A stretch of DNA of 64,000 nucleotides from an uncultured bacterium. GTDB lineage: Bacteria; Chloroflexota; UBA5177; JANWHV01. Both the position numbers and the translations under genes were made by a program. This document shows positions 53,791-64,000 of this stretch, piece after piece (the stretch's first letter is position 1; each line of letters opens with the position of its first letter). The stretch is taken from positions 1,152,001 through 1,216,000 of the forward strand of contig CAWHAE010000012.1 in NCBI GenBank assembly GCA_963827235.1, in the 5' to 3' direction. The notes under the pieces are model-generated. The model was given only the letters and a program-made list of their open reading frames with translations, had not been told where the DNA came from and searched no databases.

Positions 53791-56700
53791 TCAGGCTGCA
53801 CCGGGGCAGGTCTTGTGATAGGGGCGATCGCCAAGGTACTGCGCCCATTCCTGGGCCGTGAGATTGCGGTCGGCGACCTCGCACGCGCGTGCCGGCCAGG
53901 AGGCGAGGTCCACGTCCCACTCGTGTATGTTCCCGCTGCCGTCGCCGGCGGCGAGCAGCTTGCCGTTTGGGCTGAAAGCCGCGGCAGTCACCCACTGCGA
54001 CAGCCCGGGCAAGGGAGGCCCTAAGGGCTGGCGCGTCGCGACATCCCACAGCTGCACGGTGGTCTCACCGCCTCCTGTCGCCAGAAGCGTGCCGTCGGGG
54101 CTGAAGGCCACCGCGCTGACAAAACTCGTCAGCTGCAGCGGGGCTCCGTCCGCGCAGGCGCAGGACACCTTCCACAGCCGCACCGTGTAGTCGTCGCCTC
54201 CCGTGGCCAGCAACCTCCCGTCCGGGCTGAAGGCGACGCTATTCACGGCGCCGATGTGTCCGGTCAGCGGCCTGCCGTACGGGCGTCGGTGCACGACATC
54301 CCACAGCCTGACCGTCCCGTCCGACCAGACCGAGGCCAGCGTCTTGCCGTCCGGACTGAAGGCAAGATCCCGCAGCTCACCTTGCCGGTTCTCGATCACC
54401 GGCCGCAGCAGCTTGCCGAGCCGCAGATCCCACAACTCCACCTGGGTGCGGTCGTAGTAGCCTACTGCCGCGATGGAGGCGTCCGGGCTGAGAGCCATCC
54501 GCATCACGGAGTCCGCGGTGGCCGTCAGCGTCGTGCGCAGCGCCTTGACCTGGGTGCCGCGACGCACGTCGTACACCGTGATGAAACCTTCGCCGACCAC
54601 GTCGCCCGCCGTGATCAGCGTCTTGCCGTCGCGGGAAAACGCGCCCGCCGATCCCCACAGCAGGTACGCGCCAGGCCACGTGCCGGACTCCCACGTCGCG
54701 GTGTTCCAGATCTGCGCAGTGCCCGCCCAGCCGCCGGACACCAGCAATCGCCCGTCGGGGCTAAACGTCAGGGATCCGACAATTTCTTGGTCGGGGTCGG
54801 TGAGCAAGGCGGGGCCCGCGAGCGCGGTGGCCACATCCCATGCCGCTATCGTGCCATTGCCGTCCGCGGCGAACAGGGCGGTGTCCTTGGCGCCGAACGC
54901 CAGGACGTTGGGAGCGCCGGTGTGGCTGTCCAGCGGCGTCGCGAGCAGGCGCCGGCCCTTCATATCCCACAGCTCGATGCTGCCACCCATGTCCCCCGAT
55001 GCCAGCAGCGTGCCATCTTGGCTGAAGGCCAGGGCGATCACGGTTTTGGCATGGCCTGTGAGCGCGGTGCCGATCTCGTTTCCGCTCTGGACATCCCAGA
55101 GCCGGATCGTCATGTCCCCGCCACCCGAGGCAAGCATCTTGCCGTCGGGGCTGAAAGCCAGGCTGCCCACGTCATCCACATGGCCCAGCAGGGTCCTCCG
55201 GACCGGCGAGCCCTCCACACTCCAGAGCTGCACGGGGCCGGTATACTCGCCCGCGGCCAGGGTCTTGCCGTCGGGCGCAAAAGCCATGGAGTTCACTTGC
55301 TGTGAGGTTGCGAGCGTGGCCGCGAGCTTCTTCCGCGGCATGTCCCACAGATACACGGCGTTGCCATAGGCGAATGCCGCGGTCTTGCCGTCGGGGCTTA
55401 CGGCGGCGCAATCCACGTGTGTGTAGCCGGGGGAGGGCTCGACGGCGGACAGTGAGAAGACCGGACCGGCCGGCCGCCGCCGCGCGATGTCCCACACCTC
55501 CACGCTCCGCTGATCGTAGCTGGTAGCTGCTATCGTCTTGCCGCCGGCGCCGAACGAGAGGTTATACAGGCCGTGGAGGTGGCTGATCAGCGGTGGCCCT
55601 ACACTGCGGTGGTGCGCCACGTCCCAGAGGTAGATGGCGCTCCCGGGCATTGACGTGGCCCAGGCCAGCGTCCTGCCGTCAGGGCTCACTGCAAGCGCCC
55701 ACGATGTCATGCCCCGGGTTGGCAGGAACGACGTCAGCGCGGCAGGCCGCGCCTCCAGTGTCTGGAGCAGGCCGCCGCGGGCTTCGACGGTGTCGGCCGT
55801 GCGCCGTGCCTCCAGACTGAGCAGCAGCGCCAGGTCATACTGATCCGTCAGGTGGGTGATGGCTTGCGCCGCCAGCTGGCGGGAGAGCGCCGTGGCCTCG
55901 GCGGCAACGGCGTGTGTCCGCTCCGTGCGGGCAGTGGACGCGCTGTGGAGCGCCGCCAGGCTCAGCCCGGCAGCCATCACCAGGAAGATCGCCAGCAGGC
56001 CGACCAGGGCTCGGAGGCGCAGCGCCGCCTGCCGGGCCGTGGCCAGCTCCCGCGCCTGCCGCTCGCGGTCCGCGGCCTCCTGCCGCTGCTCTTCCGCCGC
56101 GCCCGCCTCCAGGAACGCCATTTCCCGCCTGCTCGGCGCGTTCCGCTGCGCCCAGCCGATCGCCTCGGACAGCAACGTCGCCCGGTACAGGCTGTCCGCC
56201 GGTCGCCCCCGCCGCTCCCACTCCGCCGCCGCCGCGCTGATGCCCTGCTGCAGCCGGATATCCTCCCGGGCCTCGTGCAGCCACTCCGCCAACCGGGGCC
56301 ACTCCCGGATCAGCGCCTCGTGGCTCACCTCGATCATGCTCGTGTCGCCGCTCTCGCTGCTGGTCAGCAGGCGCGCCTGGATAAACGCTTCGCTCACCTG
56401 GGCCAGCAGCGCCGTCCGCTCGGGGTCCGGCAGGCGCAGCTCGTCCAGCGCCGCCCGCCGCCGCGTCGTCTCTTGCTCCGTCGGGCCGGGGTCGATCAGG
56501 CGCAGAAAGAGGCCGCGTGCCAGCCGCCGGTGCTCCGGCGCCGGCAGCGCGGCATAGGTGGCCTCGGCCTGCCGGGCCAGGGCTCCTCGCACCCCACCAA
56601 GCTCCTGGTACGCCGCCAGCGTCAGCGTGCACCCGCTCCGGCGCGCGAAGAGCTGGTCCAGGGTGAATTGGAGCAGCGGCAGGGCGCCGGCCTGCCCCCG

Positions 56701-58210
56701 CACCTCGAAGAGCAGATCGCCGACCAGGTTCTCCTCGAACGTGAGCCCGACGTCGGGCAGCAGCGCCGGCTGCTCGATGGCCTCCCGCAGCTCGTGCTGT
56801 GCCATGGGCAGCACGACCGTGTGCTGCGCGTCGAGCAGATTGCCCAGGGCCGGATAGTGCAGCGGCCGGTCGTAGAAGTCGGCACGCAGCGTCAGCAGGA
56901 CCAGCAGCGCTCCCCGCGGCTCGGTGGCGGCGGTGACGAGCAGGTCGATGAAGGCACGCCGCTCCGCCTCGTCCGCCGTCAGCGTGAACAGCTCCTCGAA
57001 TTGATCGACCACCAGTACGACGCGGCTACCCGGCCCCGGCATCAGGCGAGCGGCCAGCAGATGCAGGCCCCGCTCCGAGTCCTCCAGATCAGTGCGCAGG
57101 GTGGCGAGCAGCTGCTGGGCAGCGCGCGCTCAGCGCCACGGTCAGCGCTTCCAGCGGATGTGTCCCCGGCACCAGCGGCTCCAGGTACGTCCACTGCTCG
57201 CTGCCCGGCACGGCGCCCCGCTGCAGTCGGGGCAGCAGGCCGGCGAGCACCACGCTGGACTTCCCGGATCCGCTCGGCCCCACCACCGCCAGCAGCCGTC
57301 GCTCGGCCCGGATACCGGCCGAAAGGCCCGCCAGCAGCTCGGCCACCAAGCTCTCCCGCCCGAAGAAGTCGCCGGCGTCCGCGCGCTGAAAGGCCCGCAG
57401 GCCCTTGTACGGGTTGCGGGGCGCCGCGTCCGGTGAGACGTCGCCGGCAGCGTGCTCCGCGGGCACCGATTCGCCGGCGCGCTGAAGTGCCACGGCGATA
57501 TCCTGCAGCGCGGTGCCATAGCGGCTGCCGCGGGCGTCCACGTACTGCATGCCGCCCCAGCCGAGGGCGACGCACTCCATCCACTGCTCGCCCGCTGCCC
57601 AGATTGGGTACACGGGGCGCCGGTACATCTCGGCGACCCGCAGCTCGTCGGCGACGTAGCGCGAGGCGCGCGAGCTCGGCGAGGCGACCAGCAAGACGGC
57701 GCGCGCGGCGCGGATGGCGTCGCGCAGCGTCTGCTCCCAGTCCGGCGTGCCCGGCTGCAGTCCCAGGTCGTCGTTCCAGGTCACCACGCCCAGCCCGTGC
57801 AGATCGCCCGCCAGCCGCGTGACCAGGGCACGATCGGCGCGGGCATAGGAGACGTAGACGAAGGGCTGGCCAGGCAGGGCGACGGCAAACGTGCCTCTCG
57901 CCTGGTGCTCGAAGCCGTCGAGCGGCGCATGGCCATCGGGAAGCGCGTCCGGCGGTCCCCGGCGGCGAGAGACGGTGGCCTCCAGCGCTGCAGCTTCCCG
58001 CTCCGAGAGTCCCAGCGCGGCAACCAGGAGCGCCACGGTATCCCGATAGGGCGCCTGGCGCGAGCCGCGCTCATAGGCACTGATCGCCCCCGGTGAGAGC
58101 CGGGCGCGCTCCGCCAGCGCCTCTTGCGAGAGCCCTGCCGCCACACGGTAGTGCTTCAGCAGCGCCCCGAAGCTCAGCTGTTCGGGACTTGGCGGTCCGT
58201 CATGCGCCAT
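53791..58210 (-). CDS. XRE-HTH - TIR - nSTAND1-type NTPase - TM - WD40 repeat protein (frameshift at ~57110-57130)
   Basis: FGALLKHYRVAAGLSQEALAE; VYVSYARAD...YVADEL; NPYKGLRAF, FFGRE, GPSGSGKSS, VVDQFEELF, LRADFY, GALPLLQF, HEALIREWPRL; about 13-14 FSPDG...WD repeats. Confidence 0.92.
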
Positions 58211-58424
58211 CGCCGGTGCCGATCCGGGCAGAGCGCGTCCTGCCCGAGCAGACTGAGATTATGCTCTCCTCGCTTGCCATCATAGCACGCACCGCCAGGG
58301 GCGCGGCCGCAACTGTGTCAGCCAACCGTGTGAGGGGAGCGTATGACGTGTGTCTGGGAGTCCGGCTCACCGCGGCGCATAGTGCTGGCAAGGCAGCAAC
58401 GTACGCAGACGAAAGGAACCGCAG

Positions 58425-59213
58425 ATGTATCAATCCGTGTTAGGGCAACAGGCGGCTGCACAGTGCAGCGAGCCCTGCTGGAAGGACTTCACGCTCCACA
58501 CCCTCTCCTCGGTCCAGACCGACGCCGGCATTGCTACGGTGGTGCTCGAGCCTCAGGCCAGCCCCACGCACCTTCATGGACACGCGGCAGGCGCATGGCC
58601 GCGGATCCCGGCCTCCACACGCCGGCACCGAGCAGCGCGGTCTCATACAGCTACCGTCGCTGTCGTGCCCGGAAGCTGCAGATCCGTGCTGTGCGCAGGC
58701 CTGCACCTGGCCTGGCGCATCACGGCGCGACTCGCCCTCGCCGCCGGCCTGCTCGCGACCGCCGGCGCCATCTGCATGCTGCACGGTCCAGGCAGCGTCG
58801 CGGCCCGGCCCATGATCGACCCTCTACCGCCCGGCATGGTCAACGGTATCCCGAGCCACCTCGTCGCCGGCACCGGCTACGCGGCCGGCACCATGTATGT
58901 GACCGGGACGGGTCAAGGCGTGCTGACCGGTACACTTGGTGGCGTGTGTACCATCCTCGTCGCCAGGGCGACCCCCGTGCTCGGCGCCACGCGCGTCGCC
59001 GGTGCGGCCACCTGTAGCTGCGTCGTGGCCGGCCACACAGGCACCCTGGCGGTACTGTTCACCGGCACGCGCACACCGGCCACACACACCGTGGAAGGCA
59101 GAGTGAGCATTCTCGGCGGATCGGGCGTCCTGGCAGGCCTGCGCGGCGCGGGAGCCTTCACCTGGCATGGCTCGAACGGCACCTATGCCGTCCAGTTCAC
59201 GTTCTCGCAGTAG
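58425..59213 (+). CDS. hypothetical protein with DUF3224-like C-terminal beta domain
   Basis: AAAGGA RBS; hydrophobic segment, then GTLAVLFTG...ILGGSGVLAGLRGAG.F; N-terminal half uncertain. Confidence 0.55.
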   Translation: MYQSVLGQQAAAQCSEPCWKDFTLHTLSSVQTDAGIATVVLEPQASPTHLHGHAAGAWPRIPASTRRHRAARSHTATVAVVPGSCRSVLCAGLHLAWRITARLALAAGLLATAGAICMLHGPGSVAARPMIDPLPPGMVNGIPSHLVAGTGYAAGTMYVTGTGQGVLTGTLGGVCTILVARATPVLGATRVAGAATCSCVVAGHTGTLAVLFTGTRTPATHTVEGRVSILGGSGVLAGLRGAGAFTWHGSNGTYAVQFTFSQ

Positions 59214-59712
59214 GGCGAAACAGATAACGGCGGGACGCCGAGGCACCTCGATGGACTCTCGGTGCCGCGTGCCAGTGGCAGGAGCTGACACCTATCGCGC
59301 TGCGCGATCAGTCGCAGACCGCGCCATCCGCGCCCAGGACCGTTATCGGGAAGAAGAACACCGAAGGTGTATGCCTCAAACATGACGCCGCTGGACGAGC
59401 GCGCGATCCTCGCGCTGATCGAGGAACACCAGGCAGAGATCCGCCGTGCTTTCTTGAGCGACCTGAGGGCAACGTAACGTCGCGCTTCGCGACCCGCATT
59501 GGTGCTGAGCCCCGGGTCTTGCTCGTGGAGATCAATCGGCAGAGACGAGACAGCCAGCGGCGGACAGTCACAAGATGACCGGCGGCCTCGCTCCGGTTCC
59601 CGGTCCTCGTCAAGCTCGGGCCGGCGCGGTGGCGCTACCGTCCCCCTTGCCGGGGTGCCGGCAATAGCCGTGCAGTGTCTTGTGCCCAGCATCCATTTGC
59701 CGGTGGGCCGGC

Positions 59713-60573
59713 TCAGGACCCCGCGATCCGGCGCAACTCCTGAATGCTCTGCCGTACACAGGCGTGCTCGTCATACCGGTACCGTGGATGCAGATGATCG
59801 ATCTCCACGGCCAGCAGACCGGCATAGTCCGCGGCCTTGAGCAGCCGGATGATCGCCGCCACGTCCACCACGCCATCACCCACCGGAACGCTGGAGTAGT
59901 GGAACCAGTCGCTCGGCGTACTCCCTTCGCGCACCACGACATCCTTGATGTGCGTGGCAAACGTGTGCTTCGCCAGCTTCTCCATGGCCCGCACAGGGTC
60001 ATCAAGCACCCGGAGGAAATTGCCTGTATCGAAGGTGATTCCGAAATATGGCGAACCGACTGCCTCCACCAACCACAGCATCTCATCGGACGTGTAGTCG
60101 CCGTGGTTCTCCGCGGCAAGCTTCACGCCGTGGCTCTCCGCGACGCGGACCGCCTCCCCGAACCAGCGTGCCAGAACCTCCAGTCGCGGCCGGCGGGGCG
60201 CCGTGCGAAAGTCGCCCGGACCGGGTCCCGGTGTCACGCGCATGACGCGGGCTCCGATGAGCGCGGCACGCTCGATCTGGGCGAGCATGTCGTCGAACGC
60301 CTCGCGATTCGTGCCGTCCTCCAGGCCGCTCGGGTGGCCCCAGGCGTAGACGCGGTCGAGCCTGAAGGCATCGAGCTTTGCGTTCAGCTCGCGGAACCAG
60401 GACTCCTCCGCGCTGGGAAAGAAACACGACTCCAGCGAAACGCCGTCGACGTCGAGATCCCTGGCAAAGGCTAGGAAATCGTCCATGGTCATCGGGGCAG
60501 CCGGCACCGGCTGCCCGTCGTACACCTCGCCGAAGAATCGATGGAAGCAGTAACTGTCGATGCCGATTCTCAT
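59713..60573 (-). CDS. sugar-phosphate isomerase/epimerase (xylose-isomerase-like TIM barrel)
   Basis: LAAENHGD, FDTGN, THIKD, VGDGVVD, LAVEID; AAAGGA RBS before ATG 60573. Confidence 0.9.
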   Translation of the reverse strand: MRIGIDSYCFHRFFGEVYDGQPVPAAPMTMDDFLAFARDLDVDGVSLESCFFPSAEESWFRELNAKLDAFRLDRVYAWGHPSGLEDGTNREAFDDMLAQIERAALIGARVMRVTPGPGPGDFRTAPRRPRLEVLARWFGEAVRVAESHGVKLAAENHGDYTSDEMLWLVEAVGSPYFGITFDTGNFLRVLDDPVRAMEKLAKHTFATHIKDVVVREGSTPSDWFHYSSVPVGDGVVDVAAIIRLLKAADYAGLLAVEIDHLHPRYRYDEHACVRQSIQELRRIAGS

Positions 60574-60650
60574 GAGCGTTCCTTTCGCCGGCCATGCTGC
60601 TCGGTGTTCCGGGCGGGCACGCGAATGCCCCGGCCTGTTCCGCCCTGTAT

Positions 60651-61745
60651 CTACCCCAGTTGCGCCAGGAACTCGTCGATCAGGAAGCCCATGTCCTCCG
60701 GGCCGGGATGGGCCTCGGGATGGAACTGCACGGCGCGGAACGGCTTGGTGCGATGGCGGACGCCCTCGTTGGTCCCGTCGTTGGCATTGCGGAACCAGGG
60801 CTCCCAGCCGTCCGGCAAGGTCGACTCGTCTACGGCGTAGCCGTGGTTCTGGCTCGTGATGTAGCAGCGCCCGCTGTCCACGTCCCGGCAGGGCTGATTC
60901 TGGCCGCGGTGCCCGAACTTCAGCTTGTAGGTGTCCGCACCCGCAGCCAGCGAGAGAATCTGGCTGCCCAGGCAGATGCCGAACGTGGGTACTTCGCGCT
61001 GCAGCAGGCCGCGCAGGTTGGCAATCGTGGGAGCCGCGTCCTTCGGGTCGCCGGGCCCGTTGGAGACCAGCACGCCGTCGAACTCGGTGCCGCAGGCGTA
61101 GGGATCCATGTCCCAGGGCACCTGCACGACGCCGGCGCCGCGCGACAGCAGCGAGCGCAGGATGTTGTTCTTCACGCCGCAGTCCAGCACGGCCACCGTC
61201 GGGCCCGTCTGGCCGCCGGAAGGCCGCAGCACGCGCGGCCGCTCCACGGAGACCTCGCGCAGCAAGCCGGACATATCGAGGTCGGGCACGATCGCGGCGC
61301 GTGCCTCTTCCAGACTCCGCGCCCGCACGATGCGGCCCGGGACAACGCCGAAGTGGCGGAGGTGTTGCGTCAACGCTCTCGTATCGATGCCCTGAATGCC
61401 CGGAATGCCGTGTTCGAGAAGCCACTGGCCGAGGCTGCTCGCCGCGTCGTAATGGCTGGGCTCGGCACAGTAACTGGCCACGATCAGCCCGCGCACCTGG
61501 ATCTGGCCCGATTCGAATTGCTCCGGTATGCCGTCGACTTCCGACTGCGCGGGGATTCCGTAATTGCCGATCAGCGGGTAGGTAAAGATAAGTATCTGGC
61601 CTCTATACGAAGGGTCGGTCAGGCTCTCCGGATAGCCGACCATGCCGGTGGTGAAGACCACCTCGCCCTCCGCCTCGACCGGCGCCCCAAATCCGTATCC
61701 GGGGTAAGCCGTGCCATCTGCCAGCACCAGGAATGCGTCGTTCAT
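60651..61745 (-). CDS. carA: carbamoyl-phosphate synthase small subunit
   Basis: GEVVFTTGMVGYPESLTDPSYRGQIL, SNGPGDP, GICLG, FGHRGQNQP, TSQNHGYAVD, VQFHPE. Confidence 0.96.
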   Translation of the reverse strand: MNDAFLVLADGTAYPGYGFGAPVEAEGEVVFTTGMVGYPESLTDPSYRGQILIFTYPLIGNYGIPAQSEVDGIPEQFESGQIQVRGLIVASYCAEPSHYDAASSLGQWLLEHGIPGIQGIDTRALTQHLRHFGVVPGRIVRARSLEEARAAIVPDLDMSGLLREVSVERPRVLRPSGGQTGPTVAVLDCGVKNNILRSLLSRGAGVVQVPWDMDPYACGTEFDGVLVSNGPGDPKDAAPTIANLRGLLQREVPTFGICLGSQILSLAAGADTYKLKFGHRGQNQPCRDVDSGRCYITSQNHGYAVDESTLPDGWEPWFRNANDGTNEGVRHRTKPFRAVQFHPEAHPGPEDMGFLIDEFLAQLG

Positions 61746-61873
61746 CCAGCTCCTCGAAACCCAGTTGGCGGGCGTTCAACCTTCCAGTCAAGTGTAACGG
61801 GTTGCGATGCCGGGCGGCACCCGCGCCTTTTCCGGAAATACATAGCAACCTGTACCGCATACGGCCTCATCTC

Positions 61874-61936
61874 TTGACTTCGGCGCGCGGACAGTTATAA
61901 TTGCAACAGTCAGTAGTTTGTTCAGTGCCTGAACAA
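61874..61936 (+). promoter_or_regulatory. sigma70 promoter plus ROK/XylR-like operator
   Basis: TTGACT-N16-TATAAT (61874..61901), then TTGTTCAG-tgc-CTGAACAA (61918..61936). Confidence 0.7.
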
Positions 61937-62313
61937 TTCATTCTGCGCTACGCCGATTTGTCTGGGCCGCTCGTGGACCTGCAAGCATTGCGACAGTAGT
62001 TCGTGGCTGGGAAATCACCGAGTTCGTCGTCTCTATCGCGGATTATCGTCCCGAATATCGCTTCACTCAACGATACAGATTGCTATCGGTTTCAGGAAGC
62101 AGCGGTTGCCCGGCTCGGTCTTCGAACCTTGGTCCATCATGGACGCGGTTGCCTTTGGCGCAGGAGTCTCTTGGGTGTATCCGACCCATGAAACGGCACG
62201 TTCCGGAGCGCCCCGATGCGGCACGTTGGCCGGGAAGATCCCGGCCGGCGTGCCGGCAGCGGCGTGGCAAGGAGCCCCGGCTGCCGGCTGAGCGTAGAGT
62301 GTGGTGAGGGCAT

Positions 62314-63357
62314 ATGGCCGTCAAAGGGGATAGCACGACCGCGGACGTGGAAGAAGCGCCCGGCGTCGACGTCGACGCTGCGATCTCCGTCATGCCCTCC
62401 CTGTGGCAGCGAATTCTGATGGTGCCCTGGGTCGGCGTCCTTGTCTTCATCATTGCGCTCTCCGCGTACCTCACGATCGAATACCCTACGATCTTCCCCA
62501 CGCAGAACAATCTCTCCCTCGTCGGCATTGACTTCTCCTACATCGCGATCGCAGCGCTGGGCTCGTGCATCGTGCTCGTCGGCGGCGGCATCGACCTCTC
62601 GCTGGGCTCGGCCATGGGCTTCGCCGGCTTCTGTACAGCGGAAGCGCTCTCCAATGGCTGGCCGCTCGGGGTGTGCATACTCGTCGGCCTCGCCGTGGGA
62701 GCGGCTGTAGGGGCGGTGAATGCCTTCATGATCACGGTCGTCCGGCTCATGCCATTCATCGTCACGCTGGGCATGCTGAGCGTATTGCGCGGTCTGGCGA
62801 CCGGCATCCCCAGCGGTCAGATCGTCTCACCACCGCTGAACTTCAACGGAACCACCTTCAATGCCATCGGTCAGAATTCGTGGGGGCCGATCCCTATCTC
62901 CATCTTCTTGCTGCTGGTCCTGGCGGTACTGTGTCATTTCTTCTTGAACAACACGACGTGGGGCCGCCACATTTACGCCGTGGGCGGCAACGAGGCTTCG
63001 GCGCGGCTGCTTGGTATCAAGGTCAACCGGGTCAAGTGGACGATGTACATCATCGCCGGCATGCTGTCGGCAATTGGCGGCATGGTGTTGGCCGCGCGCC
63101 TCGGCTCGGCGTTGCCTGACAATGGGCAGGGAGACGAGCTGATCTGTATCACATCCGCAGTCATCGGCGGCGCCGCCTTGACTGGCGGTGAGGGAAGCAT
63201 CTTCGGCGTGGTGATCGGCGCCGCGCTGCTGGCGCTGATCCAGAACGCGCTCGAGATCCTGGGCTGGGGCAACTACTGGCAGGACTTGGTCACAGGCTGT
63301 GTCATCCTGCTGGCCGTCACCGTGGACCAGCTGCGGCGCCGACTGCGTCGGACGTGA
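62314..63357 (+). CDS. monosaccharide (RbsC-type) ABC transporter permease
   Basis: GGIDLSLGS, PFIVTLG, WGRHIYAVGGNEASARLLGI, AVIGGAALTGGEG. Confidence 0.95.
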   Translation: MAVKGDSTTADVEEAPGVDVDAAISVMPSLWQRILMVPWVGVLVFIIALSAYLTIEYPTIFPTQNNLSLVGIDFSYIAIAALGSCIVLVGGGIDLSLGSAMGFAGFCTAEALSNGWPLGVCILVGLAVGAAVGAVNAFMITVVRLMPFIVTLGMLSVLRGLATGIPSGQIVSPPLNFNGTTFNAIGQNSWGPIPISIFLLLVLAVLCHFFLNNTTWGRHIYAVGGNEASARLLGIKVNRVKWTMYIIAGMLSAIGGMVLAARLGSALPDNGQGDELICITSAVIGGAALTGGEGSIFGVVIGAALLALIQNALEILGWGNYWQDLVTGCVILLAVTVDQLRRRLRRT

Positions 63358-63613
63358 TTCAGCTTTCATACAGAAACGGTCGCGGGCGTGCTTGGCTCTG
63401 CTCCCGCGGCGACTGTGGATAGGATGAGCCGGCTCCCGGTTCCGGCCGGTGAGTGAGGCAGGTTGAAGGGAGGTGTGACGAAGAGAGGGCACCGGTGGGG
63501 TCACCGCGCTTGCCGCGGGCGGCCGCGCATGTAGAGCCGCGACCACAACTCGGGTTGTGCTTTGCGGCAGAGCAGCGTCCTTGAAGATAAACACCGAAGA
63601 AGGAGACGTTCTC

Positions 63614-64000
63614 ATGGCGGATGATACTATTCGCGACGAAGCAGTTCCGAGCCCACTCGATACCAAGGTCAGCCGCGCCGGGTTGCTGAAGGCCGGTGCC
63701 GTGGCCGCGGCCGGGTTGGCAGCCGCCAGCGCTTGGCCGCGCGGCACGATGGCCGCTCCCGTGCGCATCAGCAAGACGTTCCGTATCGCTATCGTGCCCA
63801 AGGGGCTGGACAACCCCGTGTTCAACACGGCCAACTGGGGCGGCGCCTGGCGCGCTAAGCAGCTGGGCGACGTGGACTTCACGTATACCGGCTCGGCCGT
63901 GTCCGACGCGGCCCCGCAGGTGACGGTGGTCGACGGCCTGATCGCCGCCGGCTACGACGGCATCGGTATCAGCTGCAACGCGCCGCAGCCCTTGCTTGAA
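63614..64000 (+). CDS. sugar ABC substrate-binding protein (partial)
   Basis: AAGGAG RBS; Tat-like SRAGLLK signal; IAIVPKGLDNPVF...DGLIAAGYDGIGIS; runs off the right edge. Confidence 0.88.
   Translation, partial: MADDTIRDEAVPSPLDTKVSRAGLLKAGAVAAAGLAAASAWPRGTMAAPVRISKTFRIAIVPKGLDNPVFNTANWGGAWRAKQLGDVDFTYTGSAVSDAAPQVTVVDGLIAAGYDGIGISCNAPQPLLE

Noticed and set aside
53900-55700. Periodic gccgtcggggctgaa repeats as a CRISPR-like array
   Set aside because: They encode the FSPDG motif of WD40 repeats inside a CDS.
59340-59478. Short ORF ...VYASNMTPLDERAILALIEEHQAEIRRAF resembling the end of a DUF4160-type protein
   Set aside because: No convincing start, RBS or N-terminal half; the similarity is only impressionistic.
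59713-61425. 570-aa ORF suggesting a long N-terminal extension of the isomerase
   Set aside because: The extension is an off-frame reading of carA; the real start is ATG 60573 with its own RBS.

Overview
High-GC bacterial DNA. The gene content (PspA-PspAA, zinc-ribbon/CxxC protein, XRE-TIR-STAND-WD40, 'WYFAEGYT' surface proteins) suggests a soil Chloroflexota-like organism; this is inference. The first ~52 kb read as a membrane/general-stress island built by repeated local duplication. It contains groES-groEL with CIRCE, Hsp20, FtsH, PspA, a cold-shock protein, two SPFH genes plus two SPFH fragments, two GT4 glycosyltransferases, two lysyl-PG-synthase-like membrane proteins, two PRC-barrel proteins, a cardiolipin synthase-like PLD, a fatty-acid desaturase, three secreted Ig-repeat proteins and three KaiC-like double ATPases linked to histidine kinases and receiver proteins. 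Two linked signals stand out. (1) A shared promoter signature, TTGAC(A/G)-N14-GC(C)CATACT, occurs about 12 times in front of island genes on both strands. (2) A signalling module has a MerR-type HTH fused to a PAS-histidine kinase, co-transcribed with a KaiC-like ATPase and a CheY-like receiver. Its ~200-bp bidirectional control region carries a CAATAG-N7-CTATTG palindrome and has been copied to three places; one duplicate module lost the kinase by a clean in-frame deletion. The right end holds an XRE-TIR-nSTAND1-WD40 protein, an orphan carA with a sugar-phosphate isomerase, and a sugar ABC transporter with a ROK-like operator. About ten single-base frameshifts (including two in groEL) are most likely sequencing errors. 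No rRNA, tRNA, CRISPR array, integrase or transposase was recognised.
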